From a virus: 30,659 nt of DNA. This document shows, in pieces, positions 7,300-14,541 of this stretch. The stretch lies in the IMG/VR virus record IMGVR_UViG_3300037843_000385; one strand, written 5' to 3'. Made by a program: the position numbers and the translations under genes. A model generated the notes under the pieces. It had not been told where the DNA came from. It searched no databases and worked only from the letters and a program-made list of their open reading frames with translations. Numbering within the stretch: position 1 is the stretch's first letter; the number at the start of each line of letters is the position of its first letter.

Positions 7300-7374
7300 G
7301 GGTCTGTAATTCAGCGGCTAGAAGCCCTCGCTCTTAACGAGGTAACGAGAGTTCGAGTCTCTCCAGACCCACCA
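7300..7374 (+). tRNA. tRNA-Lys (CTT), CCA encoded
   Basis: Acceptor GGGTCTG/CAGACCC, anticodon stem CCTCG/CGAGG with loop CTCTTAA. Confidence 0.65.
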
Positions 7375-7394
7375 GGCATCTGATAGAATAGGGC

Positions 7395-7796
7395 ATGAAC
7401 AAGAAAGCTCAAGGCACTCGGTCAGTCGGTGCGGTGATGAGCCACTTCATCAAAGCAGGCAAAATCGTCTTGATGCCGATTGGAGACAATGAGCGATACG
7501 ATTTCGTCATTGATGAGGATGGGCGGTTTCGGCGTATTCAAGTCAAAACGGGCAAGGTCAAGAACGGAGCGATAGAGTTTAGTACCGCCAGCACTAATCT
7601 TGAAAACGGTAAGTGGGTGAGACACGGTTATAGGGGACAGATTGACGATTTCGCAGTTTACTGCCCTAAACTCGACAAGGTTTACCTTGTGCCTATAGAC
7701 GAAGCAGGTGGTCAGACACACTGTTCTTTGCGGCTTGAGCCAGCGAAGAACGGTCAACAAAAGGGCATTAGGCTGGCTGAGCAGTACGAGGTTTAG
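7395..7796 (+). CDS. PD-(D/E)xK-type (Hjc-like) nuclease, candidate free-standing homing endonuclease (133 aa)
   Basis: ...ERYDFVIDEDGRFRRIQVKTGK fits a D...(D/E)xK-like core (D, ED, QVK). The gene is visibly lower in GC than its flanks. It sits between two tRNA-Lys(CTT) genes, and its stop overlaps the downstream tRNA by 1 nt. Confidence 0.6.
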   Translation: MNKKAQGTRSVGAVMSHFIKAGKIVLMPIGDNERYDFVIDEDGRFRRIQVKTGKVKNGAIEFSTASTNLENGKWVRHGYRGQIDDFAVYCPKLDKVYLVPIDEAGGQTHCSLRLEPAKNGQQKGIRLAEQYEV

Positions 7797-7871
7797 GGCT
7801 ACTAACTCAACTGGTAGAGTAGCAGACTCTTAATCTGCGAGTTCGGGGTTCGAGTCCCCGGTGGCCCACCA
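7796..7871 (+). tRNA. tRNA-Lys (CTT), CCA encoded
   Basis: Acceptor GGGCTAC/GTGGCCC, D-stem ACTC/GAGT, anticodon stem GCAGA/TCTGC with loop CTCTTAA. Confidence 0.7.
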
Positions 7872-7910
7872 AGTTTCCGGGTATTAGAACTCTTAGGATA
7901 GGAGGTCAGC

Positions 7911-8456
7911 ATGCCCGACGTACTGGTTCTCGACATGAACTACCGCCCTGTCGGCTTCAAGTCCTGGCAGGACGCGATCACGAACGTGTGGAAGGAGCGG
8001 GCCATCGTCGTCAAGGAGGACGAGTCCGGCCTGAAGCTCCACTCCCCGTCGTTCGAGGTCGGGATGCCGAGGGTGATCCGCGTGCGCAACGCCTGGGTGA
8101 AGCGGCGCAAGACATCCGTGCCGTTCTCGCGGCGCAACCTGTACGTCCGCGACGGCGGCGAGTGCCAGTACTGCGGTAGGCACCTCAAGCTGGAGGAGTA
8201 CACCCTCGATCACGTGATCCCGCGTTCGCAGGGCGGCGTGAGTTCGTGGGTCAACATGGTCCTCGCCTGCATGCGCTGCAACAAGCACAAGGCGGGCCGG
8301 ACGCCGCAGCAGGCAGGGATGCCCCTCCTGCACAAGCCCGTCGTCCCGAAGGTGGACGACCCGAAGTACAACTTCAAGCTCCACATCCGCAAGATGCGGC
8401 CCGAGTGGAAAGAATGGGAGAATTTCCTTTACTGGAATATCGAGCTTGACGAGTAG
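7911..8456 (+). CDS. HNH endonuclease (181 aa)
   Basis: Shine-Dalgarno GGATAGGAGG precedes the ATG. Motifs are CQYCG...LDHVIPRSQGG...CMRCNKHK. Confidence 0.85.
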   Translation: MPDVLVLDMNYRPVGFKSWQDAITNVWKERAIVVKEDESGLKLHSPSFEVGMPRVIRVRNAWVKRRKTSVPFSRRNLYVRDGGECQYCGRHLKLEEYTLDHVIPRSQGGVSSWVNMVLACMRCNKHKAGRTPQQAGMPLLHKPVVPKVDDPKYNFKLHIRKMRPEWKEWENFLYWNIELDE

Positions 8457-8468
8457 ATCAAGCGACAA

Positions 8469-8500
8469 GCCCCGGAGGAGCAACCCTCCTCCGGGCGAAA
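8469..8500 (+). terminator. Stem-loop, possible terminator or processing site
   Basis: CCCGGAGGAG-CAAC-CCTCCTCCGGG hairpin after the HNH gene. Only a weak T-tract follows (AAATTT). Confidence 0.35.
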
Positions 8501-8503
8501 TTT

Positions 8504-8581
8504 GGCCCCGTAGCTCAGCGGAATAAGAGCGACGCACTCCTAACGCGTAGGTCACTGGTCCGAATCCAGTCGGGGTCACCA
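8504..8581 (+). tRNA. tRNA-Arg (CCT), CCA encoded
   Basis: Acceptor GGCCCCG/CGGGGTC, anticodon loop CTCCTAA with an A-C mismatch at 31-39, T-loop TCCGAAT. Confidence 0.55.
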
Positions 8582-8594
8582 ATTTTTGAGTTGT

Positions 8595-8668
8595 TGCCTC
8601 CTCGTCCAACGGTAGGACACGGGTCTCTGGAACCCGGTATCGCGGTTCGAATCCTCGGGAGGCAGCCA
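8595..8668 (+). tRNA. tRNA-Gln (CTG), U1-A72, CCA encoded
   Basis: Acceptor TGCCTCC/GGAGGCA, D-stem GTCC/GGAC, anticodon stem CGGGT/ACCCG with loop CTCTGGA. Confidence 0.65.
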
Positions 8669-8675
8669 AATTTGC

Positions 8676-8704
8676 TGGACAATGCCGCGAAAATGCGGTA
8701 TAAT
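8676..8704 (+). promoter_or_regulatory. Promoter TGGACA-N17-TATAAT driving a leaderless transcript
   Basis: Perfect -10 hexamer with 17-nt spacing. ATG lies 7 nt downstream of the -10. Confidence 0.6.
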
Positions 8705-8711
8705 GATCAGA

Positions 8712-8891
8712 ATGAACTCGACGCTGAAGACGATCCTGAAGGCCGCGGCGATAGCGGTCGTGCCGGGGCTGGGCGCTTTCTGGCTGTTAAGCAGGCTCGC
8801 GAAAGAGCACGAGCGGCAGGAGTTCAGGGAGTACATCCGCAAGACCTACGGGAAGGGAAGCAAGTACGAGAACGAAAATGTTGAGCCTTAG
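8712..8891 (+). CDS. Small membrane protein (59 aa), probably leaderless
   Basis: Track ORF 8682..8891 starts upstream of the -10 element. The in-frame ATG at 8712 lies at the predicted transcription start. Hydrophobic segment AAAIAVVPGLGAFWLL. Confidence 0.5.
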   Translation: MNSTLKTILKAAAIAVVPGLGAFWLLSRLAKEHERQEFREYIRKTYGKGSKYENENVEP

Positions 8892-8892
8892 C

Positions 8893-9003
8893 ATGAACGC
8901 GGACACGCTCTTCAACGTCCTCAGCGGCGTTGTGATGCTTCTCTCCGTCTACGCCTTCTACCAAGCCTCCACCTACGACGCAAAGTTCAGAAGAAAACGC
9001 TGA
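8893..9003 (+). CDS. Possible 36-aa membrane peptide (MNADTLFNVLSGVVMLLSVYAFYQ...)
   Basis: ATG 1 nt after the upstream stop. Not in the ORF track (too short). Hydrophobic core and basic tail. Confidence 0.3.
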   Translation: MNADTLFNVLSGVVMLLSVYAFYQASTYDAKFRRKR

Positions 9004-9015
9004 CCCACATCCTGC

Positions 9016-9098
9016 GGGCGCGTAGTCGGGGGAAGCCTCTACCTTCTTAGCCGTAAACGGAACTGAAAATGAGAGTTCGACTCTCTCCGCGCCTACCA
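9016..9098 (+). tRNA. Aberrant tRNA-like element (83 nt): good acceptor, T-arm and ACCA end, but no canonical D-arm or anticodon-arm fold
   Basis: Acceptor GGGCGCG/CGCGCCT, T-arm GAGAG-TTCGACT-CTCTC, then A and CCA. The only 5-bp anticodon-like stem is GGAAG/CTTCT with loop CCTCTAC. There is an extra CCG-TAAA-CGG hairpin. Confidence 0.35.
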
Positions 9099-9108
9099 AC
9101 CTTTTCGG

Positions 9109-9183
9109 GGGCCGCTAATTCAATTGGCAGAAGCGCCGACTTTTAATCGGTTAATCCCGGTCCGAGTCCGGGGCGGCCTACCA
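9109..9183 (+). tRNA. tRNA-Lys (TTT), CCA encoded
   Basis: Acceptor GGGCCGC/GCGGCCT, anticodon stem GCCGA/TCGGT with loop CTTTTAA, T-arm CCCGG-TCCGAGT-CCGGG. Confidence 0.7.
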
Positions 9184-9249
9184 AATTCCCTAAAATCCCC
9201 TCAGCAGTTTCCAGCCTCTACCTGAATCCTCAGTGAGGGGTGACCCACC

Positions 9250-9987
9250 ATGAACCTGATGCTCGGAAAGAGGGACGCGAAGTTCAACCCGTACGCGCTC
9301 CGCATGGCGAAGTACGTGGACAAGACTTATGTTCCGCCAGCGTTCGCCGACCACACGCCCTACGGCTTCACAGCGTGGGGCATGATGTTAAACGACCAAC
9401 TTGGGGACTGCACAATCGCCGCCTGCGGTCATGCGCTCCAAGTCTTCACGCAGGGCAGGATCACGGAGCCGGACGCGACCATCGAGTCCTACTACTCGAA
9501 GTGGTGCGGCTACGTTATCGGCAACCCCGCGACCGACCAGGGCGGGGTCGAGGCCGACGTGCTCGGCGACTGGAAGGCGCAGGGCTTCGACGGTCACGCG
9601 CTGGAGGGCTACGTCGATCCGCAGCCTTCTAACTTATCGCATGTCATGCACTCCATCGCCGAGTTCGGATTGGTTTATCTAGGCTTCCAGCTTCCTAACT
9701 CCGCGATGACTCAGTTCCAGAACGGTCAAGTCTGGGACGTCGTCGCAAACGATGGCGGGATCGCCGGAGGACATGCGGTCATCGCTCCGGCATACCATAC
9801 GGAAGACCCGACCTACAACAAGGAGACGACTATTACGTGCATCACATGGGGACAAAAGCAAAAGATGACTGTCGCCTTTTGGGAAAAATACGTTGACGAG
9901 AGTCACACCCTACTGGCAGCAGCGTGGCAGCCAGCGGGCGTCAACCTCGTGGGTCTCCGTGCCGACCTGGCCTTCATGGCTGGTTAA
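9250..9987 (+). CDS. Hypothetical protein with papain-like Cys/His motifs (QLGDCTIAAC ... GGHAVIAPAY ... ITWGQ), tentative cysteine peptidase
   Basis: 245-aa ORF. Motif similarity to clan-CA peptidases is by eye only. Confidence 0.65.
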   Translation: MNLMLGKRDAKFNPYALRMAKYVDKTYVPPAFADHTPYGFTAWGMMLNDQLGDCTIAACGHALQVFTQGRITEPDATIESYYSKWCGYVIGNPATDQGGVEADVLGDWKAQGFDGHALEGYVDPQPSNLSHVMHSIAEFGLVYLGFQLPNSAMTQFQNGQVWDVVANDGGIAGGHAVIAPAYHTEDPTYNKETTITCITWGQKQKMTVAFWEKYVDESHTLLAAAWQPAGVNLVGLRADLAFMAG

Positions 9988-10026
9988 ACTCCCAACTTTT
10001 AGCCTCTTGTTAGAGGGTAAAAGAAT

Positions 10027-10440
10027 ATGCCAGCATCGGGACGCACGAGAGCAGAAAATATAGCTCGTTACAACCCACACCAAGAAATCAAAGCTTACAA
10101 GGAAGCTCTCCGAGCATTTGTGGATGCTATGGGGCGGCTTACCGAGGAATGGGAACGGCTTGAGTTCGCTGGAGCCAACGTCCCCGACAAGGGCACGCCA
10201 TATCCATTCAGCGAGTCGTTTGATGAGCTTTACCACGGCGCTATCGCATGGGCGCACGACATTGAGAACACCGAAGACCCCACCGAATGGAATGTGTCAT
10301 CCGACGTCGCACCAGTGACGGCCGCAAGCAAAATCGCATTTGAAGCTAAATTTGCCGTGGCTCGGTATCGCGCTCAATCTAAAGCATTAGCTCAAAAGAA
10401 TACAGAGACCAAGCCCACGCACGAACAAAGTGCAGACTGA
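10027..10440 (+). CDS. Hypothetical protein (137 aa), lower-GC region
   Basis: Complete ORF. Shine-Dalgarno AGAGGGTAAAAG precedes the ATG. Confidence 0.6.
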   Translation: MPASGRTRAENIARYNPHQEIKAYKEALRAFVDAMGRLTEEWERLEFAGANVPDKGTPYPFSESFDELYHGAIAWAHDIENTEDPTEWNVSSDVAPVTAASKIAFEAKFAVARYRAQSKALAQKNTETKPTHEQSAD

Positions 10441-10496
10441 AAAACGCGACTTTTTCGTGTTTACCGGGTATCATAAGTAGAGAGGCATTTCCTATC

Positions 10497-11021
10497 ATGC
10501 GAAAAACCCTGCTTTCCTTGGCTTTCAGTCTGCTCTTTTTCGTCGTCCCGGCGCTCGCCCAGCACGGCGGTGGCGGTCATAGCGAAGGCGGCTCACACGG
10601 TGGAGGTTCCCACGGAGGTGGTGGTTCCCATGGTGGGGGTGGCAGTCACAGCGGCGGTGGCTCACACGGCGGTTCCGGCGGGAGCGGACAGCACAGCGGA
10701 GGCAACAACGGCGGTAGTCAAGCTGGCGGACGCGGCGGAGAACAGCATGGCGGCCAGGTTCGCGGATCGGACCATGATCGTTCGGGTCATACATTCAACC
10801 GGGGAGATTTCGGAAGGGAACATTACAGCCATTTCAACCGCGAGGGCGGCAGGTGGTACGGCGGACGCCGCGAGTACTTCTTCGGTGGGTTCTGGTTCTA
10901 CAGCGCGTGGCCCGGATGGTTCTATAGTTGCCCAGTATATTTTGACACCGACTCGTACGGCGATTGGTACATTCACTGCTACGACAACCCCGGTCTCAGC
11001 TTTCAGGTCTTCATCGACTAA
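10497..11021 (+). CDS. Secreted Gly/His/Ser-rich repeat protein with an aromatic C-terminal domain (174 aa)
   Basis: Signal peptide MRKTLLSLAFSLLFFVVPALA. Repeats (GG)GSHGGGG repeated 6 or more times. W/Y/F-rich tail. Confidence 0.7.
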   Translation: MRKTLLSLAFSLLFFVVPALAQHGGGGHSEGGSHGGGSHGGGGSHGGGGSHSGGGSHGGSGGSGQHSGGNNGGSQAGGRGGEQHGGQVRGSDHDRSGHTFNRGDFGREHYSHFNREGGRWYGGRREYFFGGFWFYSAWPGWFYSCPVYFDTDSYGDWYIHCYDNPGLSFQVFID

Positions 11022-11042
11022 AATCCTTCGCAAGGCACGACG

Positions 11043-11080
11043 AGCCGGGCTTGGGTTCCCACCCGATCCCGGCTTTTTTG
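11043..11080 (+). terminator. Rho-independent terminator
   Basis: GCCGGGC...GATCCCGGC hairpin followed by TTTTTTGTTT. Confidence 0.65.
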
Positions 11081-11110
11081 TTTCTTCCGTATTCTTCTTT
11101 AGGGGCTGAA

Positions 11111-11446
11111 ATGGACGAATCCAATGTCATCAAGGCGGCGGTCTTCAACTCCGACGCGGGGAGGAAGTTCGACTTGTACCTCCGCAGGGACAGGTACAGG
11201 GCGTTCCTGGACTTCCTCAACTGCAACCGGCAGCCTGACGTCAAGCCCGGCATGCCCGGCCTCAGTTGGGCGGCGATCCAGGGTCTCGATGCAATCTTCG
11301 AGAAGCGCCCGAGGCAGTTCCCCGTGCGGGACATCATCGCTTTCTTGGCGAGTGACTGCACCCCCGCCGTCACCTCGCACGAGGTCGAGGCAGCGCTAGA
11401 GTGCTTCGCCGCCGTCTTCCCCCCGGACGTCTCGGAGAGCGCATGA
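11111..11446 (+). CDS. Hypothetical protein (111 aa)
   Basis: ATG after Shine-Dalgarno-like AGGGGCTGAA. In frame with track ORF 10964..11446. Confidence 0.55.
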   Translation: MDESNVIKAAVFNSDAGRKFDLYLRRDRYRAFLDFLNCNRQPDVKPGMPGLSWAAIQGLDAIFEKRPRQFPVRDIIAFLASDCTPAVTSHEVEAALECFAAVFPPDVSESA

Positions 11447-12159
11447 GCTACCAGAGCGGTCGCACATACGAGGTCTTCGTGGACGGCAAGCCCGTGGGGC
11501 TAGTGGGTAGCACTATGCGTCCCCTTAAACAGAGACGTACAGCAGGTTATGTGAAACGATTCGGACAAAGTGTTGAACTCCGCCTCATCCGCGAGGTTCC
11601 GCGCCACGAGAGCGAGGACGACATAAACTACAACTTCCATCTGAAAGCCGCTGAAGCCTTGGACATCGCTCGGAAGAAAACCTACGTAGAGGACGGTGGG
11701 TTGAACAAGCTATCTCCTCTGATTCAGGCAATGGGGCATCCTATGCTTGAGGCGGAGATGGGAAAAATAGGTGGGCGCATAGGGGGACGTATAGGCGGTC
11801 CTATCGCTATTCGCAAAATATCTCGGGATGCCAAAGTTCGTGGTGGGCGCAAGAGTGGACTTATCCAAGGTCGTAGAAATGCCGAAAGCGGACATATGCG
11901 AGCTTTAGGACTTTCAGGAATCGGCGCACGAATTGGGGGGAAAATCAGTGGACCTGTTTTGGGACGCAAGAATGTTGAGAGCGGACACCTTGCTTATATT
12001 TCAAAAAAGGGCGGTCAGGTCGCTGGGCGCAAAGCCGCCAAAAGCGGACAGCTTGCTCGTACTGCAAGCAAAGGCGGATGTATCAGTACGTGTAAACGCT
12101 GGAACATTGATCGTGGAAAACCATGCATTTGTGGAAAACACTTCAAGGCAGAAGCATGA
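11443..12159 (+). CDS. GIY-YIG-like homing endonuclease with NUMOD3-like repeats and a C-terminal zinc finger (238 aa)
   Basis: N-terminus RTYEVFVDGKPVGLVGST resembles the GIY...YIG motif. GRKNxESGHL / GRKxxKSGQL repeats are present. C-terminus CISTCKRW...CICGKH. GC is lower than the flanks. ATGA overlap with the upstream gene. Confidence 0.55.
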   Translation: MSYQSGRTYEVFVDGKPVGLVGSTMRPLKQRRTAGYVKRFGQSVELRLIREVPRHESEDDINYNFHLKAAEALDIARKKTYVEDGGLNKLSPLIQAMGHPMLEAEMGKIGGRIGGRIGGPIAIRKISRDAKVRGGRKSGLIQGRRNAESGHMRALGLSGIGARIGGKISGPVLGRKNVESGHLAYISKKGGQVAGRKAAKSGQLARTASKGGCISTCKRWNIDRGKPCICGKHFKAEA

Positions 12160-12755
12160 GCTACCAGAGCAGGGTCCGTGAAATCCAGAGTGCTTTTACC
12201 CTTGGCTTCCAAGATCGCGAGACTTGCATAAATCTGTTTGAGAGTTTGCTACATGAGTATGGTCTGCTTCCCCACGAAGAACAGCTTGACCGTAGTCTCA
12301 CGAACGAGGGCTTTCTCGCTCTGCTCAAAGCGGCGAGGGACCAGAGGGGCGTCCGCGACGACCCGCCCGAGGATGCCGACCCGAACCTGAGGAAGCTGGA
12401 CGACCTGAGGAGGGCGGAGGAGAGCCTGAAGAAGCTCACCCGCTGGATGGAGCAGATGGCCAACCCGGCCCCGCGCTTCAGGATCGCCGACTCCGTGAGG
12501 CGCTGCCCTGTGTGCCAGAAGCCGACCAGCGCCCTGTTCAACCGGGTGCAGAGCATCGACCAGCAGATGCTCCCCGTGGACCCGCCGCGCTGCCAAGAGT
12601 GCATGACGAGGTGGGTCGAGGAGCAGCAGTCCGGCAACGCCCTGGCAATCCGCGCCAAGCCCGGCACGACCGTTGACGGCAGCCCGGCAAGCCCCATGTC
12701 CCCCTCCGAGACCGACTTCTTCGCCGAGTACGAGAGGCAGATGGGGAAGCCGTGA
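12156..12755 (+). CDS. Hypothetical protein with CxxC...CxxC (200 aa)
   Basis: Begins with the same 15 nt (ATGAGCTACCAGAGC, MSYQS) as the preceding gene. ATGA overlap. Confidence 0.6.
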   Translation: MSYQSRVREIQSAFTLGFQDRETCINLFESLLHEYGLLPHEEQLDRSLTNEGFLALLKAARDQRGVRDDPPEDADPNLRKLDDLRRAEESLKKLTRWMEQMANPAPRFRIADSVRRCPVCQKPTSALFNRVQSIDQQMLPVDPPRCQECMTRWVEEQQSGNALAIRAKPGTTVDGSPASPMSPSETDFFAEYERQMGKP

Positions 12756-12913
12756 TAGCCTTTGAAGACCTGCTGTGCGATGCGTGCCTGTACATGGCCG
12801 AAACCCAGACACCCGTGTTGATCTCCGACATGTGCGAGCGCTGCCGCAAGAAAGTCGCCGCCTGGCTCGTCGAGACCGACGAATGCGACCTTCCCGAAGA
12901 GCGGGAACCGTAG
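12752..12913 (+). CDS. Possible Cys-rich 53-aa protein, GTG start
   Basis: GTGA overlap with the upstream stop. Motifs CDAC...CERC...ECD. Not in the ORF track. Confidence 0.3.
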   Translation: MIAFEDLLCDACLYMAETQTPVLISDMCERCRKKVAAWLVETDECDLPEEREP

Positions 12914-12919
12914 TATTAT
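12914..12919 (+). promoter_or_regulatory. -10 element TATTAT 6 nt upstream of ATGAGC (leaderless-type promoter)
   Basis: AGTATTATCTGGGTATGAGC. The same motif recurs at 15684. Confidence 0.4.
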
Positions 12920-12925
12920 CTGGGT

Positions 12926-13297
12926 ATGAGCTTCACTGGGTTCCTACAGCAATACATCAGGCCCTCCCGCTGGTGGAGACGCCAGAAGACCGTGCAAGTC
13001 ACCGTCTGGCCCCGCTTCCTCGCGCAGGCGCTATGTCCGCACATCCGCAAGCAGATGATCATGTGGGACGTGGAAGCCAAGACCAAGACCAGCATGTGCC
13101 TCGACTGTCACAAGCATGTCACGGAAGTGAACGACTGCGCCCACGGCGAGGTGCGCCCATCCATGTGGGAGACGGCCGACGGGCAGACGAAGCTCGTCCC
13201 CCGTGCCTACCGCTGCGACAATTGCGGCGTGGGGCTTGAGGCGAAAGACCTGCCTTCCGGTGTGATGATCACGCACCTGAACATCGAGACACGCTGA
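12926..13297 (+). CDS. Hypothetical Cys/His-rich protein (123 aa)
   Basis: Motifs CLDCHKH...CAHGE...CDNCG. Complete ORF. Confidence 0.55.
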   Translation: MSFTGFLQQYIRPSRWWRRQKTVQVTVWPRFLAQALCPHIRKQMIMWDVEAKTKTSMCLDCHKHVTEVNDCAHGEVRPSMWETADGQTKLVPRAYRCDNCGVGLEAKDLPSGVMITHLNIETR

Positions 13298-14541
13298 TGG
13301 ACGAACACGACGCGGAGCAATACTACAGACACATGAGAGACGACCTGAAATACCAGTACGCCAACCTCGTGAGGGGCGTGATCTTCGGACAGGCGATAGG
13401 CGACGCCCTTGGGCACCCCATCGAGTTCGAGAAGACCCACAAGGTCGCCGACCTGGCGGACGACAACACGTTCACCGACGACACACAGATGTTCTGCGCC
13501 ATCGGCGAGGCGATGCTGGACGCACCGCCGCACAGGGACACCGACCTGTTCATGGACGCGCTCACCAAGCGTTTCGTCGAGTGGAGGCAGAATCCGCTGG
13601 GCGGGACGCACCGCGCTCCCGGCGGCACGTGCATGGAAGCCGTGCGCAAGCTAGGCACGGGACGCCACTGGCGTCAGACCGGGGCGACACGGGACGGCAA
13701 GGGCAACGGCTCCGCGATGCGTGCGGGGATCGTCGGCGCTCGCTATTGGAAGGAGCCGACCATGGCCTTCAGGATCGGCTGCTTGACCAGCGTCGTCACC
13801 CACAACAACCTTGAAGCTATACTCGCGGCAGGCATGGTCGCTTTCCTTGTTTCTCGTTCGATCCAAGGGTGCGGCTTGTTCGAGGCGGTCGCCGAGGGGC
13901 TTGCCCTCTGCGCGGACTTCGAGAACCAAGTGCCCGACTACCCGACCAACAACCTCCCGTTGAACAACATGCGCGACGGCCAAAGCCCGTGGAAGGCGAT
14001 AGCGAGCTTTTCGCGGGGCTTCATCCTCGGCGAAACGGACATGGCAACGAAGGAGTTCCTCGCCGGGAACGGCGATGATTTCACCGCCGTCCCGGCCGTC
14101 TCCGAGGCGATATTCTTCAATGCCCGGCACGACAACTACGACCCCATGGTCATCGAGTGCGCCAACGCCAGCGACGACTCCGACACCATCACCGCGATCA
14201 CCGGGACGATAGCAGGGGCGCGGTTCGGCTTCGACATGATTAACGCGAACGTCCAAATAGACCGGAGGGACGGGTGGACGGACAGGATCGAGATGCGCGA
14301 TTATCTCGAAGACCTTTCCAAGCGCATCTTCGAGACGAGCCTCGGTGAGGGGGAGATCGAGGAGGCCCGCGCCGCGCATGACATCGACGCCGCCCTCGGC
14401 GAGGAGTACGCGGAGGACGAGGTGACGTTCGAGGACGTGATCGCGGGCAAAATAGCCGACGACGGCGAAGTGCCGGAGGACGAGGTGACGTTCGGGGACC
14501 TTTCCGGCGGCGAGGACCCGGACTGGGAGGTGGAATTCTGA
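13297..14541 (+). CDS. ADP-ribosylglycohydrolase family protein (ARH/DraG-like) with an acidic repeat tail (414 aa)
   Basis: GQAIGDALGHPIEF, TDDTQM, GNGSAMR and DSDTITAITGTIAGARFG signatures. C-terminal direct repeat EDEVTF(E/G)D. Confidence 0.85.
   Translation: MDEHDAEQYYRHMRDDLKYQYANLVRGVIFGQAIGDALGHPIEFEKTHKVADLADDNTFTDDTQMFCAIGEAMLDAPPHRDTDLFMDALTKRFVEWRQNPLGGTHRAPGGTCMEAVRKLGTGRHWRQTGATRDGKGNGSAMRAGIVGARYWKEPTMAFRIGCLTSVVTHNNLEAILAAGMVAFLVSRSIQGCGLFEAVAEGLALCADFENQVPDYPTNNLPLNNMRDGQSPWKAIASFSRGFILGETDMATKEFLAGNGDDFTAVPAVSEAIFFNARHDNYDPMVIECANASDDSDTITAITGTIAGARFGFDMINANVQIDRRDGWTDRIEMRDYLEDLSKRIFETSLGEGEIEEARAAHDIDAALGEEYAEDEVTFEDVIAGKIADDGEVPEDEVTFGDLSGGEDPDWEVEF

Noticed and set aside
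9988-10026. GCCTCT-TGTT-AGAGGG hairpin after the 9250 gene as a terminator.
   Set aside because: No U-tract follows it (TAAAAG). It may be a weak or factor-dependent terminator or just part of the ribosome-binding region, so it was not annotated.
10570-11109. Alternative-frame ORFs across the Gly/His repeat region, on both strands.
   Set aside because: They are artefacts of the GGN/CAC repeat DNA. Only the frame with a signal peptide and a C-terminal domain (10497-11021) is coherent.
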